From contig CAJWCD010000033.1 in the NCBI GenBank assembly GCA_913020725.1, forward strand, positions 1 through 28,119: a stretch of DNA of 28,119 bases, written 5' to 3'. Below, piece by piece: positions 1 to 8,242 of this stretch (position 1 is its first letter; every line of letters begins with the position of its first letter). The position numbers were made by a program, and so were the translations under genes. Origin of the DNA: an uncultured Pseudomonadota bacterium. Lineage in GTDB: Bacteria; SAR324; NAC60-12. The notes under the pieces are model-generated. The model was not told where the DNA came from. It ran no database searches and worked only from the letters and a program-made list of their open reading frames with translations.

Positions 1-269
1 TTGGAAACGAGCAGGTATTTTGACAATTCCGACATTGTCATTGGACGAGCGGCGCGGTCGAGTGCAGCCAGCAAATCGAACTGAGGCAACGTGATCCCGA
101 AATGGGTGCGCAGCCGCTGCCGCAGGTGATTCTCGATGCGCGTCGTGCAGCGCAGCGTCTTGAGCCAGAGGCGTAGGCGTTGTTTGGCAACGGCTTCCGG
201 AACCGTGGGGTCTGCCGCAGGCGCTGTGGATTCCAGAGTTGCCGCCGATGTGTCTTCGGAATGGTCCAT
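1..269 (-). CDS. MarR-family transcriptional regulator (5' part; runs off window)
   Basis: Not in the ORF track. Hand translation from ATG at 269: MDHSEDTSAATLESTAPAADPTVPEAVAKQRLRLWLKTLRCTTRIENHLRQRLRTHFGITLPQFDLLAALDRAARPMTMSELSKYLLVS. The 'LRLWL..LR', 'ITLPQFDLLAAL' and 'MTMSELS' segments fit the MarR proteins that accompany anthraniloyl-CoA monooxygenase genes. Starts 2 nt after the upstream stop. Confidence 0.9.
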   Translation of the reverse strand, partial: MDHSEDTSAATLESTAPAADPTVPEAVAKQRLRLWLKTLRCTTRIENHLRQRLRTHFGITLPQFDLLAALDRAARPMTMSELSKYLLVS

Positions 270-271
270 GT

Positions 272-2566
272 TCAAATCAGTCCGGCTTGCGCCTGTGCGG
301 CCGCACGGGCGAGGTTGCGCTCGAGTTGATCCTTGCCGGAAAGGTACTGCACGGGCCATGGCTGATCAAGATAGCCTTGCTCAGCGGCGGCATGAAGCGT
401 CCAGTACGGATTGCTCAGGTGCGGACGGGCGAGGCAGCAGAGGTCGGCACGTCCGGCAGCGAGGATCGAGTTGACATGGTCAATCTCGTAAATGTTGCCC
501 ACCGCCATCGTCGCCATGCCGATTTCGTTGCGGATGCGGTCGGCAAAGGGGGTCTGGAACATGCGTCCGAAGATCGGCTTCGCGTCCGGATGCGTCTGCC
601 CGGAAGAAACGTCAATCAGATCGCAGCCTGCCTCCTGAAAGGCTTGCGAGATGCGCACGGCGTCTTCGGCATCAACGCCACCGTCCATCCAGTCGGTTGC
701 AGAAATCCGCACCGACATTGGCTTGTGCTGCGGCCACACGGCCCGTAGCGCCCGGAACACCTCCAGCGGGTAGCGCAGCCGGTTTTCCAGCGAACCACCG
801 TATTCGTCTGTGCGCTGGTTCAGGAGTGGAGTGAGGAATGCGGAGAGCAGATAGCCGTGGGCGCAGTGCAGTTCCAGCCAGTCAAATCCGGCGATCTCGG
901 AGCGTTCGGTGGCTCGCACGAAGTCGTCTCGCACGGCATCCATGTCGGCACGGGTCATGGCGCGGGGCACTTGGTTCACCGATGAGTACGGAACTGCTGA
1001 AGGACCGAGCAGGGGCCAGTTCCCGGAAGCGAGCGGCTGGTCCATGCCCTCCCACATGCGTTTGGTCGAGCCTTTGGGCCCGGCATGTCCAAGCTGGATG
1101 GCGATTTTGGCAGGTGTTTTTTGATGCACGAAACCCACGATGCGCTGCCATGCCGCAACGTGTTCATCGGTGTAGATGCCTGCGCATCCGGGAGTGATGC
1201 GGGCGTCGGGGGAGATGTCGGTCATTTCCGTGAACAGCAGCCCCGCGCCGCCTTGCGCCCGCGCTCCGTAGTGGACGAGGTGGAAGTCATCCGGAATGCC
1301 GTCCGTGGCACTGTACATTGACATCGGCGAAACGACTACGCGGTTGGGGAGTTCGAGGTCACGGACCCGAAACGGCACAAACATCGGCGGCACGGGATTC
1401 CGCAGCCGTTCTGCGGTTGCTGTTTTTGCAAACCATGCTTCCACGCTTTCCAGCCAGTTTTGATCTCGGAGTCGCAGATTTTCGTGGCTGACGCGCTGGC
1501 TGCGCGTGAGCAGACTGTAGGCAAACTGGATCGGTTCGAGGTGCAGGTAGCGCTCGACTTGCTCGAACCACTCCGTGCTGTTGCGGGCACTGCTTTGTAT
1601 CCGGAGGACTTCCAGCCGACGACGCTCCTCGTAATCCCGGAGGGCTTGTGCGAGCGACTTGCCCTGGTGAAGTTCGTCGGCGAGATCGATTGCGTCTTCC
1701 AGTGCCAGCTTGGTTCCGGAGCCGATCGAGAAGTGCGCGGTGTGTGCGGCATCGCCGAGCAGCACGAGATTCCCGTGCGACCAGCGGGTGCAGTTGATGC
1801 GCTGGAAATTGATCCAACTTGTCGAGCCGCGCAAGTGCTTCGCGTTGCTCATCAGCGCATTCCCGTCTAGGTACTTGGCGAAGACCCGTTCGCAGGTGGC
1901 GATGGAGTCCTCGGCAGACATTTGCTCAAACCCGAAATTCTGCCACGTCTGCTCCGAGCATTCGATGATGAAGGTGCTGGTTTCCAGATCGAATTTGTAG
2001 GCGTGCGCCCAAATCCAGCCGTGTTCGGTGTTCTCGAAAATGAAGGTGAACGCTTCAAAAACCTTGTGGGTTCCGAGCCAAGTGAACTTGTTCAGACGAA
2101 CATCAATGTCGGGCTGGAAGTGTTCGGTGTGCTGTTCCCGGAGAGCGCTGTTGATACCGTCGCAGGCGACAATCAGGTCCGCATCCGGAAAGGTGGAAAC
2201 GTCTTCGACCTCGTGTTCGAACTCCAGCCGCACATCCAACTCCCGCGCCCGTTCTTGCAGGATGCGGAGCAGGTGCTTGCGGCCCAATCCGCAGAAGCCG
2301 TGGCCCCCGGAAGTGACGACTTGCCCCCCGTAATGCACGTCAATGTCGTCCCAGTGCGCGAAGTTGCTGAGGATGCGCTCGGCGCTGACGGGATCGTTGA
2401 CTTGCAGGCGCTCCATTGTTTGATCCGAGAACACCACCCCCCAGCCGAAGGTGTCGTCTGGACGGTTGCGCTCCACCACAAAAATGTCATGCTCCGGGTT
2501 GCGGAGCTTCATGGAAATGCCGAGGTAAAGTCCCCCCGGACCTCCGCCAATGCAAACAATTTTCAT
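272..2566 (-). CDS. abmA: Bifunctional salicylyl-CoA 5-hydroxylase/oxidoreductase (2-aminobenzoyl-CoA monooxygenase/reductase family)
   Basis: 764 aa. N-terminal FAD monooxygenase domain ([40 protein letters not shown]) fused to an Old-Yellow-Enzyme NADH:flavin oxidoreductase domain ([33 protein letters not shown]). Confidence 0.92.
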   Translation of the reverse strand: MKIVCIGGGPGGLYLGISMKLRNPEHDIFVVERNRPDDTFGWGVVFSDQTMERLQVNDPVSAERILSNFAHWDDIDVHYGGQVVTSGGHGFCGLGRKHLLRILQERARELDVRLEFEHEVEDVSTFPDADLIVACDGINSALREQHTEHFQPDIDVRLNKFTWLGTHKVFEAFTFIFENTEHGWIWAHAYKFDLETSTFIIECSEQTWQNFGFEQMSAEDSIATCERVFAKYLDGNALMSNAKHLRGSTSWINFQRINCTRWSHGNLVLLGDAAHTAHFSIGSGTKLALEDAIDLADELHQGKSLAQALRDYEERRRLEVLRIQSSARNSTEWFEQVERYLHLEPIQFAYSLLTRSQRVSHENLRLRDQNWLESVEAWFAKTATAERLRNPVPPMFVPFRVRDLELPNRVVVSPMSMYSATDGIPDDFHLVHYGARAQGGAGLLFTEMTDISPDARITPGCAGIYTDEHVAAWQRIVGFVHQKTPAKIAIQLGHAGPKGSTKRMWEGMDQPLASGNWPLLGPSAVPYSSVNQVPRAMTRADMDAVRDDFVRATERSEIAGFDWLELHCAHGYLLSAFLTPLLNQRTDEYGGSLENRLRYPLEVFRALRAVWPQHKPMSVRISATDWMDGGVDAEDAVRISQAFQEAGCDLIDVSSGQTHPDAKPIFGRMFQTPFADRIRNEIGMATMAVGNIYEIDHVNSILAAGRADLCCLARPHLSNPYWTLHAAAEQGYLDQPWPVQYLSGKDQLERNLARAAAQAQAGLI

Positions 2567-2590
2567 TAGAATTTTCCTGTCCCTTAGCGC

Positions 2591-2619
2591 ATCCTATGCC
2601 GAAATTTCAGGAAAAGCAA
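2591..2619 (-). promoter_or_regulatory. Putative sigma70 promoter of abmA-marR
   Basis: On the minus strand TTGCTT (2619-2614), 17-nt spacer, TAGGAT (2596-2591), about 25 nt upstream of the abmA ATG. Confidence 0.55.
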
Positions 2620-2623
2620 TAAA

Positions 2624-2639
2624 ATTTTAGGCTTAAAAT
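2624..2639. promoter_or_regulatory. AT-rich palindromic operator, candidate MarR site
   Basis: ATTTTA-GGCT-TAAAAT dyad just upstream of the predicted -35 of an operon that encodes a MarR regulator. Confidence 0.6.
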
Positions 2640-2735
2640 AACTAGGTGCGAAAATGGAGATCGCAGCAGTGCGGCAGGAAATTTCAGGAGGAACGCAGAA
2701 GCAGAAACCGGAAGCGCATCCGCGCTCCCGATTGC

Positions 2736-2870
2736 TTAGGGATGGACCTCAAGGATGGACAGGGAAGCGATGATCCTGCGAACACGAATATGCAAGCGTG
2801 GACGTACTGCGGTTAAGGTGCGCATGTCTAGTTGCAACTGTCCATCAGGATGCTTGAAGTGATACGTCAT
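2736..2870 (-). CDS. Small hypothetical protein (44 aa)
   Basis: MTYHFKHPDGQLQLDMRTLTAVRPRLHIRVRRIIASLSILEVHP, preceded by AAGGAG-TAGC-ATG, in otherwise unoccupied intergenic space. Confidence 0.4.
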   Translation of the reverse strand: MTYHFKHPDGQLQLDMRTLTAVRPRLHIRVRRIIASLSILEVHP

Positions 2871-3010
2871 GCTACTCCTTGGATGGGGTGGATGATCCGA
2901 GCCTATATTGAAGATCAGCAACTTGGATGCCAAACTGGAGATTCGGAGAAGTTGAGCACTTGGATAAATTTGGTCATAGCTTGTTGAATTAAATGCGTAA
3001 ATGCGAAAAC

Positions 3011-3412
3011 ATGCACCCCGCCTACTTTGATACGCAGTTTCGGACTCCGGAGATTGTGGCGGTTTGGCCGCAGGAATTTGTGGTCGTGACTGCCTTTGCG
3101 ACGACCGGAACGCAGTGGCCTCCGGAGCAGAACGATGCTGCGGATCAACGGCTGGAATCCGAACTCCGGGAGCGTGGTGGTTGGCTGGTGCGGGTGACGG
3201 GGTTTTCGCCCTCCACGGGCCACGCGGAACCAGGTTGGGCGTTTGAGATGTCCTTTGAGAAAGCATGTGATTTGGGGATGTGCTACCTACAGGACGCGCT
3301 TTATCATGTTGCAGGTGATGCCCTGAGCGTCAGTTTCTGCAACGCCCGCCGCAAGCGGGTTCTGCTCGGTTCGTTTCGGGAACGCTTGCATCTGGAAATT
3401 TTCGAGACCTGA
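3011..3412 (+). CDS. DUF3293 domain-containing protein
   Basis: Pattern 'FVVVTAF..G......QN..AD..L...L....G.....G.....EPG.......A..LG....QDA' fits DUF3293. Start at 3011 (MHPAY) preferred; 2993 possible. Confidence 0.7.
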   Translation: MHPAYFDTQFRTPEIVAVWPQEFVVVTAFATTGTQWPPEQNDAADQRLESELRERGGWLVRVTGFSPSTGHAEPGWAFEMSFEKACDLGMCYLQDALYHVAGDALSVSFCNARRKRVLLGSFRERLHLEIFET

Positions 3413-3450
3413 ATTTTGTCCGATTCCCACGCAGCCCTCCTTGTGAGAGT

Positions 3451-3479
3451 TTGGCATTGCCCCGCAGATGCGTTAGAAT
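3451..3479 (+). promoter_or_regulatory. Putative sigma70 promoter of the glc operon
   Basis: TTGGCA-N17-TAGAAT, 45 nt upstream of glcD. Confidence 0.6.
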
Positions 3480-3524
3480 TTCCGCACGACTGTTGCCCCC
3501 GAACTCTGCTAAGGAAAAGCTCTC

Positions 3525-5036
3525 ATGCCATTTGCCAAACCCGTCCGTCAGGAACTTGCCCGCATCTGCGGCAAGGAATGGGTCAAGGATGATGCGATCA
3601 CGCTCTACGCCTACCGCAGCGACGGCCTGACGCTCTACACCGCCCCGCCGCTGGGGGTGGTTTATCCGGGCAGCACCGGGGAACTGGTGCAGGTCGTCAA
3701 GCTCTTCCACCGCGAGCAAATCAGCTTCCTGCCGCGTGGCGCGGGCACGGGGCTGTCCGGAGGGGCGGTTCCTTGTGAAGGCAGCGTGATCATCGAAATG
3801 GCGCGCTTCAAGGAAATCCACGAGGTGGATTTCGTCAACCGCACGATCACGGTTGGTCCCGGAGTGGTCAACCTGCGCATCTCCGAACACGTCAAACCGC
3901 ACGGCTACCACTTCGTTCCGGACCCTTCTTCTCAGAAAGCCTGCACGATCGGTGGCAATGTCTCGGAGAATTCTGGCGGGCCACACACGCTCAAGTACGG
4001 CGTGACGGTGAACCATGTCCTCGGACTGGAATTGGTGCTTCCGGACGGAGAGTTGGTGGAATTCGGTGGCAAGCACCACAACCTGCCGGGACCGGACATG
4101 CTGGGCTTGCTGATCGGCTCGGAAGGCACCTTTGGGATCATCACCAAAATCGTCTGCCGCTTGACCCCGAACCCGGAGAAGGCAGTCACGCTGCTGGGAG
4201 TGTTTGACTCGGTGCGCGGGGCGTGCGACGCGGTGTCCGGCATCATCCGCAACGGCACGATTCCGGCGGCGATGGAACTGATTGACAAGACGGTGATCCG
4301 GGCGGTTGAGGCTACGCTCAAGCCCGGATTTCCACAGGACGCCGAGGCGGTGCTGATCGTGGAACTCGAAGACCTCGAAGATGGCATTGGGGAAGACGCG
4401 GAACTCGTTGAGCGGCTGCTGCGGGAGAACGGAGCGCAGGATGTGAAACGCGCCAAGGACGATGCCGAACGCACCCGCATCTGGCGCGCCCGCAAGGAAA
4501 GTTTTGGGGCCATCGGGCAGCTTTCGCCAAGCTACTACGTCCAAGATGGTGTGATTCCGCGCAGCAAGCTCCCGGAAGTCGTTGATCAGATTGCGGCCAT
4601 CGGCCAGAAATACAACCTCACCGTCGCCAACGTCTTCCACGCCGGAGACGGCAATCTGCACCCGCTGATCCTCTTCGACTACGAAGACGCCGAGCAGGTC
4701 GAGAACACGCACAAGGTCGGCGAAGAGATTTTGAAGGTCTGCATAGGCTACGGCGGAACGCTTTCCGGAGAACACGGCATCGGTCTGGAAAAGCGCAAAC
4801 TGATGGGCGAACTCTACTCGGAGGCTGACTTGGAGAACATGCAGAACCTGCGGGCCTTCTTCAATCCGGACGGACGACTCAACCCTGCGAAGATCTTCCC
4901 CACGCCGAGTCGCTGTGCCGAAACGAAAGGAGTGTCGTCGCAAATCCCCCCCGGCTCCCCTTTGGTGGGAAAGGACGAATCGGATGGGCTGGATCACGCC
5001 AAGCTAGTCGCACACAAGTCCGGCATTGCCGTATGA
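3525..5036 (+). CDS. glcD: Glycolate oxidase FAD-linked subunit GlcD
   Basis: PRGAGTGLSGGA, PDPSSQKACTIGGN, HTLKYGVT, GSEGTFG, HAGDGNLHP, SGEHGIG, LNPAKIFP; first gene of a D-E-F triad. Confidence 0.92.
   Translation: MPFAKPVRQELARICGKEWVKDDAITLYAYRSDGLTLYTAPPLGVVYPGSTGELVQVVKLFHREQISFLPRGAGTGLSGGAVPCEGSVIIEMARFKEIHEVDFVNRTITVGPGVVNLRISEHVKPHGYHFVPDPSSQKACTIGGNVSENSGGPHTLKYGVTVNHVLGLELVLPDGELVEFGGKHHNLPGPDMLGLLIGSEGTFGIITKIVCRLTPNPEKAVTLLGVFDSVRGACDAVSGIIRNGTIPAAMELIDKTVIRAVEATLKPGFPQDAEAVLIVELEDLEDGIGEDAELVERLLRENGAQDVKRAKDDAERTRIWRARKESFGAIGQLSPSYYVQDGVIPRSKLPEVVDQIAAIGQKYNLTVANVFHAGDGNLHPLILFDYEDAEQVENTHKVGEEILKVCIGYGGTLSGEHGIGLEKRKLMGELYSEADLENMQNLRAFFNPDGRLNPAKIFPTPSRCAETKGVSSQIPPGSPLVGKDESDGLDHAKLVAHKSGIAV
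4942..4974. repeat. Degenerate C/G-rich dispersed repeat inside the glcD 3' end
   Basis: AAATCCCCCCCGGCTCCCCTTTGGTGGGAAAGG shares its first 13 nt and CCCCTTT with the copy at 5151. Confidence 0.55.
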
Positions 5037-6277
5037 AACATGTGTTTCTGCCAGAAACCATCGAGGATGCTCAAGCTTGGCTTCGGAAACGCCTTGCCGC
5101 CCAACAACCGTTTGCGGTGCGTGGTGCGAATTCCCGCTTCCATCCGCAGGAAATCCCCCCCGGTCCCCCTTTTCCAAAGGGGGGAGATGAGGTCGCCACT
5201 CCGGAAATTCTCTCGACTGCAAAGCTGACGCGCACCAACTTCTTTGATCCGGATGACATGGTGGTCGGGGTCGAGGCGGGCATGACGGTGGCTGCGTTGC
5301 AGGCGTTGCTCGCCGAACAGGGGATGGTGCTGCCCGTCAATCCGTGGTTTGCAGAATCCACCATCGGTGCGGCGTTTGCCTGCAACGACAACGGCCCGAA
5401 CCGTCTCAACATGGGCGGCTTCCGGGATTGTGTCATCGGCATCGAGTACCTCAACGGCAACGGCGAGCGCGTCCACGCTGGAGGCAAAGTCGTCAAGAAC
5501 GTCTCCGGATATGACCTCTGTCGCATGCAGATCGGCAGCCTCGGTGGGCTGGGCGTGATCACGGCGCTTAACTTCAAGGTGATACCGCAGCCGGTCGCCC
5601 CGCACGGCCTCTACGGACGTTTTCCGGACAGCACCTGGCAGCAGCGGGTTGCAGAATTGCACTCGGCCCGAATTCCAGTGGATTGGATTCAGGCGTTTGC
5701 TCCTGCCGAATCCGGCAGCATGGACTGGCTGCTCGGTATTGGTTTTTCTGGAAACGCTGCTCGGCAGCAGCGCATCGAACGCGAAATCCAAACAATCTGC
5801 AGAGGCGATTTGCAGCTCGTAGCCGCTGGCGAAACGCCTCTGGGTTTGTCCTTTCTTCCCGGAACCGACCGTTTCACGGGTTGGGTTCCGAAGCTGCGAC
5901 AGCTTTGGAAACTCCCTGCGCAGCACCTGCACCTGATGACCCTGCTGACGACGAGTGCAGCACTACATCCCACGCACTTGGAGTCCATTCGCAGCGAGCA
6001 AACCCGGATGGTTGTACATCCCATCGGCGCGGATTTGCACTGCTTCCTCGACAGCGAAGACGCAACCACGCAGCGCGAGTTCATCGCATCGTTGCAACCC
6101 ATGCTGCGCCAGATGCAAGCCAAGCTGGTGCTGGGTAACGCGGCATCCGCAATCGGCTACTCCGATCTCGGTGAGTTCGCCCAGCCTCCGGGGTATGCGC
6201 TGGTGCAACGGCTCAAGCGTCACCTTGACCCCGCAGGCGTGTTCCACGCACCATTTTACGAGCAGCCATCAACATGA
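5033..6277 (+). CDS. glcE: Glycolate oxidase FAD-binding subunit GlcE-like
   Basis: FAD_binding_4 features (VEAGMT, TIGA, GGKVVKNVSGYDL, GSLGGLGVIT, C-terminal LKRHLDPAGVF); ATGA overlaps with both glcD and glcF. Confidence 0.85.
   Translation: MKHVFLPETIEDAQAWLRKRLAAQQPFAVRGANSRFHPQEIPPGPPFPKGGDEVATPEILSTAKLTRTNFFDPDDMVVGVEAGMTVAALQALLAEQGMVLPVNPWFAESTIGAAFACNDNGPNRLNMGGFRDCVIGIEYLNGNGERVHAGGKVVKNVSGYDLCRMQIGSLGGLGVITALNFKVIPQPVAPHGLYGRFPDSTWQQRVAELHSARIPVDWIQAFAPAESGSMDWLLGIGFSGNAARQQRIEREIQTICRGDLQLVAAGETPLGLSFLPGTDRFTGWVPKLRQLWKLPAQHLHLMTLLTTSAALHPTHLESIRSEQTRMVVHPIGADLHCFLDSEDATTQREFIASLQPMLRQMQAKLVLGNAASAIGYSDLGEFAQPPGYALVQRLKRHLDPAGVFHAPFYEQPST
5151..5185. repeat. C/G-rich hairpin repeat in-frame in glcE
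   Basis: AAATCCCCCCCGGTCCCCCTTTTCCAAAGGGGGGA; stem CCCCCTTT/AAAGGGGG; encodes EIPPGPPFPKGG. Confidence 0.65.
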
Positions 6278-7662
6278 ATTTTCGCGATCTCTCCTTCTCG
6301 GAAGTCACCAGTGAGCGGTTGACTTTCGGTTCCGAAAACAAAACCTCGCAGCAACTGTTCCGGGAAGCAGAATTCGACAACATCCTCAAATGCGTCCACT
6401 GTGGATTGTGCCTCGACAGTTGCCCAACTTACCGTGAACTTGGCGACGAGAAAGACTCACCACGCGGACGACTCTACCTGATGCGCGGGTTGTGGGAAGG
6501 GGAACTGGACCTGACTCCGGAAGTCACCGCACCCCTCAGTCGTTGTCTCGACTGCCGTGCCTGCGAAACCGCGTGCCCATCTGGAGTACCCTACGGAGAA
6601 TTGCTGGAAAAAGCGCGAGGCGTGATTCACGAAACCCAACCGCAAAGCCTGAAGGAACGGATGCTCAGGACATTGCTGCTGAAGGGACTGTTCCACTCGA
6701 CCTTCCTGCTTACGCTGGCCAGCAAGTTGCTGAAACTCTACGCCGCCAGCGGCTTGCCTCAACTGATCACCAACACTGCATTCGGCAAGCTGTTGCCGTC
6801 GCAGTTTGTGTTCCAGCAGCACCTGCTTCCGGACTGCTCCGGGCAGTCCTTCAAGCAGAAGTACGCCGATCAGGAACTCGGTTCCACGCACGGAGCCGCA
6901 AGCCTTGGGCGAGTCGGCCTGTTCTCCGGGTGCATCATGGATGTCTCGGAGGCGGCGATCCACGAAGCGACGCTGAAGCTGCTGCGGGGCATCGGCTACA
7001 CGGTGGTGGTTCCCGGCAAGCAAGGCTGTTGTGGAGCACTCCACGTTCACAGCGGCGACCGCAAGACTGCCCGTGGTTTGGCCCTCAATAATCTGGATGC
7101 GTTTGAGGAGCGCGAGTTTGAGGCAATCATCACCAACGCCGCCGGATGCAGTGCCCAACTCCGGGAGTTCCATCACCTGTTTCCGCAAAACCATTCTGGC
7201 CATTCCAGGAATTGGAACGCCATCGAAGGCCGGATTGTGGACATCCTTGAATTCCTCTCCCGGCATCTGGAACCAATCCAGCGGCTGAACTGGCGAACCG
7301 ATGAAAATGTGGTGCTGTATGATGCACCTTGCCACCTGATGCATGCCCAGCAGGTGGATGATCACCCGCGAGCACTGGTCAACAGCCTGCCGGGGGTAAC
7401 GCTGGTTCCGCTCACCGAGTCGAATTGGTGCTGTGGCTCTGCGGGAATCTACAACTTGGTGCACCCCGACTTGTCCAGTGCCGTGCTGGAGCGTAAAATG
7501 GCTTCGGTGCGGGAAACCTTGCAAGCCAACCCGCAGGCGACCACGCTGGTGACGGGCAATCCGGGCTGTCTTTACCAAATCCGTGCGGGCATCCGTGCTG
7601 CTGGGCTGCCGTTGCGAGTGATCCATCCGGCAGTGTACCTTGCCGAACGACTGAGGGGATGA
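6274..7662 (+). CDS. glcF: Glycolate oxidase iron-sulfur subunit GlcF
   Basis: Two 4Fe-4S motifs (CVHCGLCLDSCP, CLDCRACETACP), SPRGR, and two CCG domains (GCCGAL, WCCGSAGIYN, GNPGC). Confidence 0.92.
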   Translation: MNFRDLSFSEVTSERLTFGSENKTSQQLFREAEFDNILKCVHCGLCLDSCPTYRELGDEKDSPRGRLYLMRGLWEGELDLTPEVTAPLSRCLDCRACETACPSGVPYGELLEKARGVIHETQPQSLKERMLRTLLLKGLFHSTFLLTLASKLLKLYAASGLPQLITNTAFGKLLPSQFVFQQHLLPDCSGQSFKQKYADQELGSTHGAASLGRVGLFSGCIMDVSEAAIHEATLKLLRGIGYTVVVPGKQGCCGALHVHSGDRKTARGLALNNLDAFEEREFEAIITNAAGCSAQLREFHHLFPQNHSGHSRNWNAIEGRIVDILEFLSRHLEPIQRLNWRTDENVVLYDAPCHLMHAQQVDDHPRALVNSLPGVTLVPLTESNWCCGSAGIYNLVHPDLSSAVLERKMASVRETLQANPQATTLVTGNPGCLYQIRAGIRAAGLPLRVIHPAVYLAERLRG

Positions 7663-7923
7663 ATGCCGGAAATCAGTCGTTTTCTGGGAATGGTCATCCA
7701 GATGTACTTCAATGAGCATAATCCGCCACATTTTCATGTCCAGTACAACGAGTAGCAAGCTGCTATTCTGATTGAGAATCTTGGTGTGATGGAAGGGGAA
7801 CTCCCCGCAAAAGCCCTGAGCTTGGTTGTAGAGTGGGGACAGGAACACCAAGAGGAACTGCTTGCCAATTGGAACAGCCTACGAAAATCGGGGCAGTTCC
7901 ATAAAATACAACCCCTCGCCTGA
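7663..7923 (+). pseudogene. DUF4160-family (DhiT-like putative toxin) gene interrupted by an in-frame TAG
   Basis: Hand translation MPEISRFLGMVIQMYFNEHNPPHFHVQYNE*QAAILIENLGVMEGELPAKALSLVVEWGQEHQEELLANWNSLRKSGQFHKIQPLA. DUF4160 signatures (MPEISRF, EHNPPHFH, EW...H..EL..NW, KI.PL) lie on both sides of TAG 7753-7755. ATG directly follows the glcF stop. Confidence 0.88.
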
Positions 7924-7930
7924 GAATTAG

Positions 7931-8242
7931 ATGATCTCGATCAAAACCGCTGAACATTTGAGTGATTATCGAGTCCGCCTCAAGTTCAGCAACAATCTGG
8001 TGGGCGTGGCAGACTTAGAGGACACAATCACCAACGATCAGCGGTCGATGTTTCACGAACTCAGCAATCCCGTCAAATTTCAGCAATTCCAAACGGATGG
8101 CTATACGATATGCTGGAAAAACGGGCTGGATTTGGCTCCAGAGTATTTGTTTTTCCTAGCTTTTCGCAACGATCCAACTTGGCAACAACAGTTTTTCGAT
8201 TGGGGTTATCTGAAGCTGGAAGCCACGGAAGCAGCCGCATGA
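7931..8242 (+). CDS. DUF2442-family protein (DhiA-like putative antitoxin)
   Basis: 'Y.VRLKFSN..G..DL', 'F..L..P..F', 'TICWKNGLDLAPEYL'; usual partner directly downstream of DUF4160. Confidence 0.85.
   Translation: MISIKTAEHLSDYRVRLKFSNNLVGVADLEDTITNDQRSMFHELSNPVKFQQFQTDGYTICWKNGLDLAPEYLFFLAFRNDPTWQQQFFDWGYLKLEATEAAA

Noticed and set aside
2601..2689. Direct repeat GAAATTTCAGGA at 2601 and 2678
   Set aside because: Only two 12-mers with no enclosed element; could be chance or a minor regulatory site, not supportable.
7753..7755. TAG as pyrrolysine or genome-wide stop recoding
   Set aside because: TAG ends intact genes in this window (esterase 14823-14825; 22418-22420), no pyl genes are present, and a single-base change from a Tyr codon explains it.
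3330..7851. Long antisense ORFs (555 aa at 3330-4997, 312 aa at 4994-5932, 464 aa at 6457-7851)
   Set aside because: Shadow frames opposite well-supported glcDEF genes; expected from GC-rich codon bias, with no recognisable motifs.
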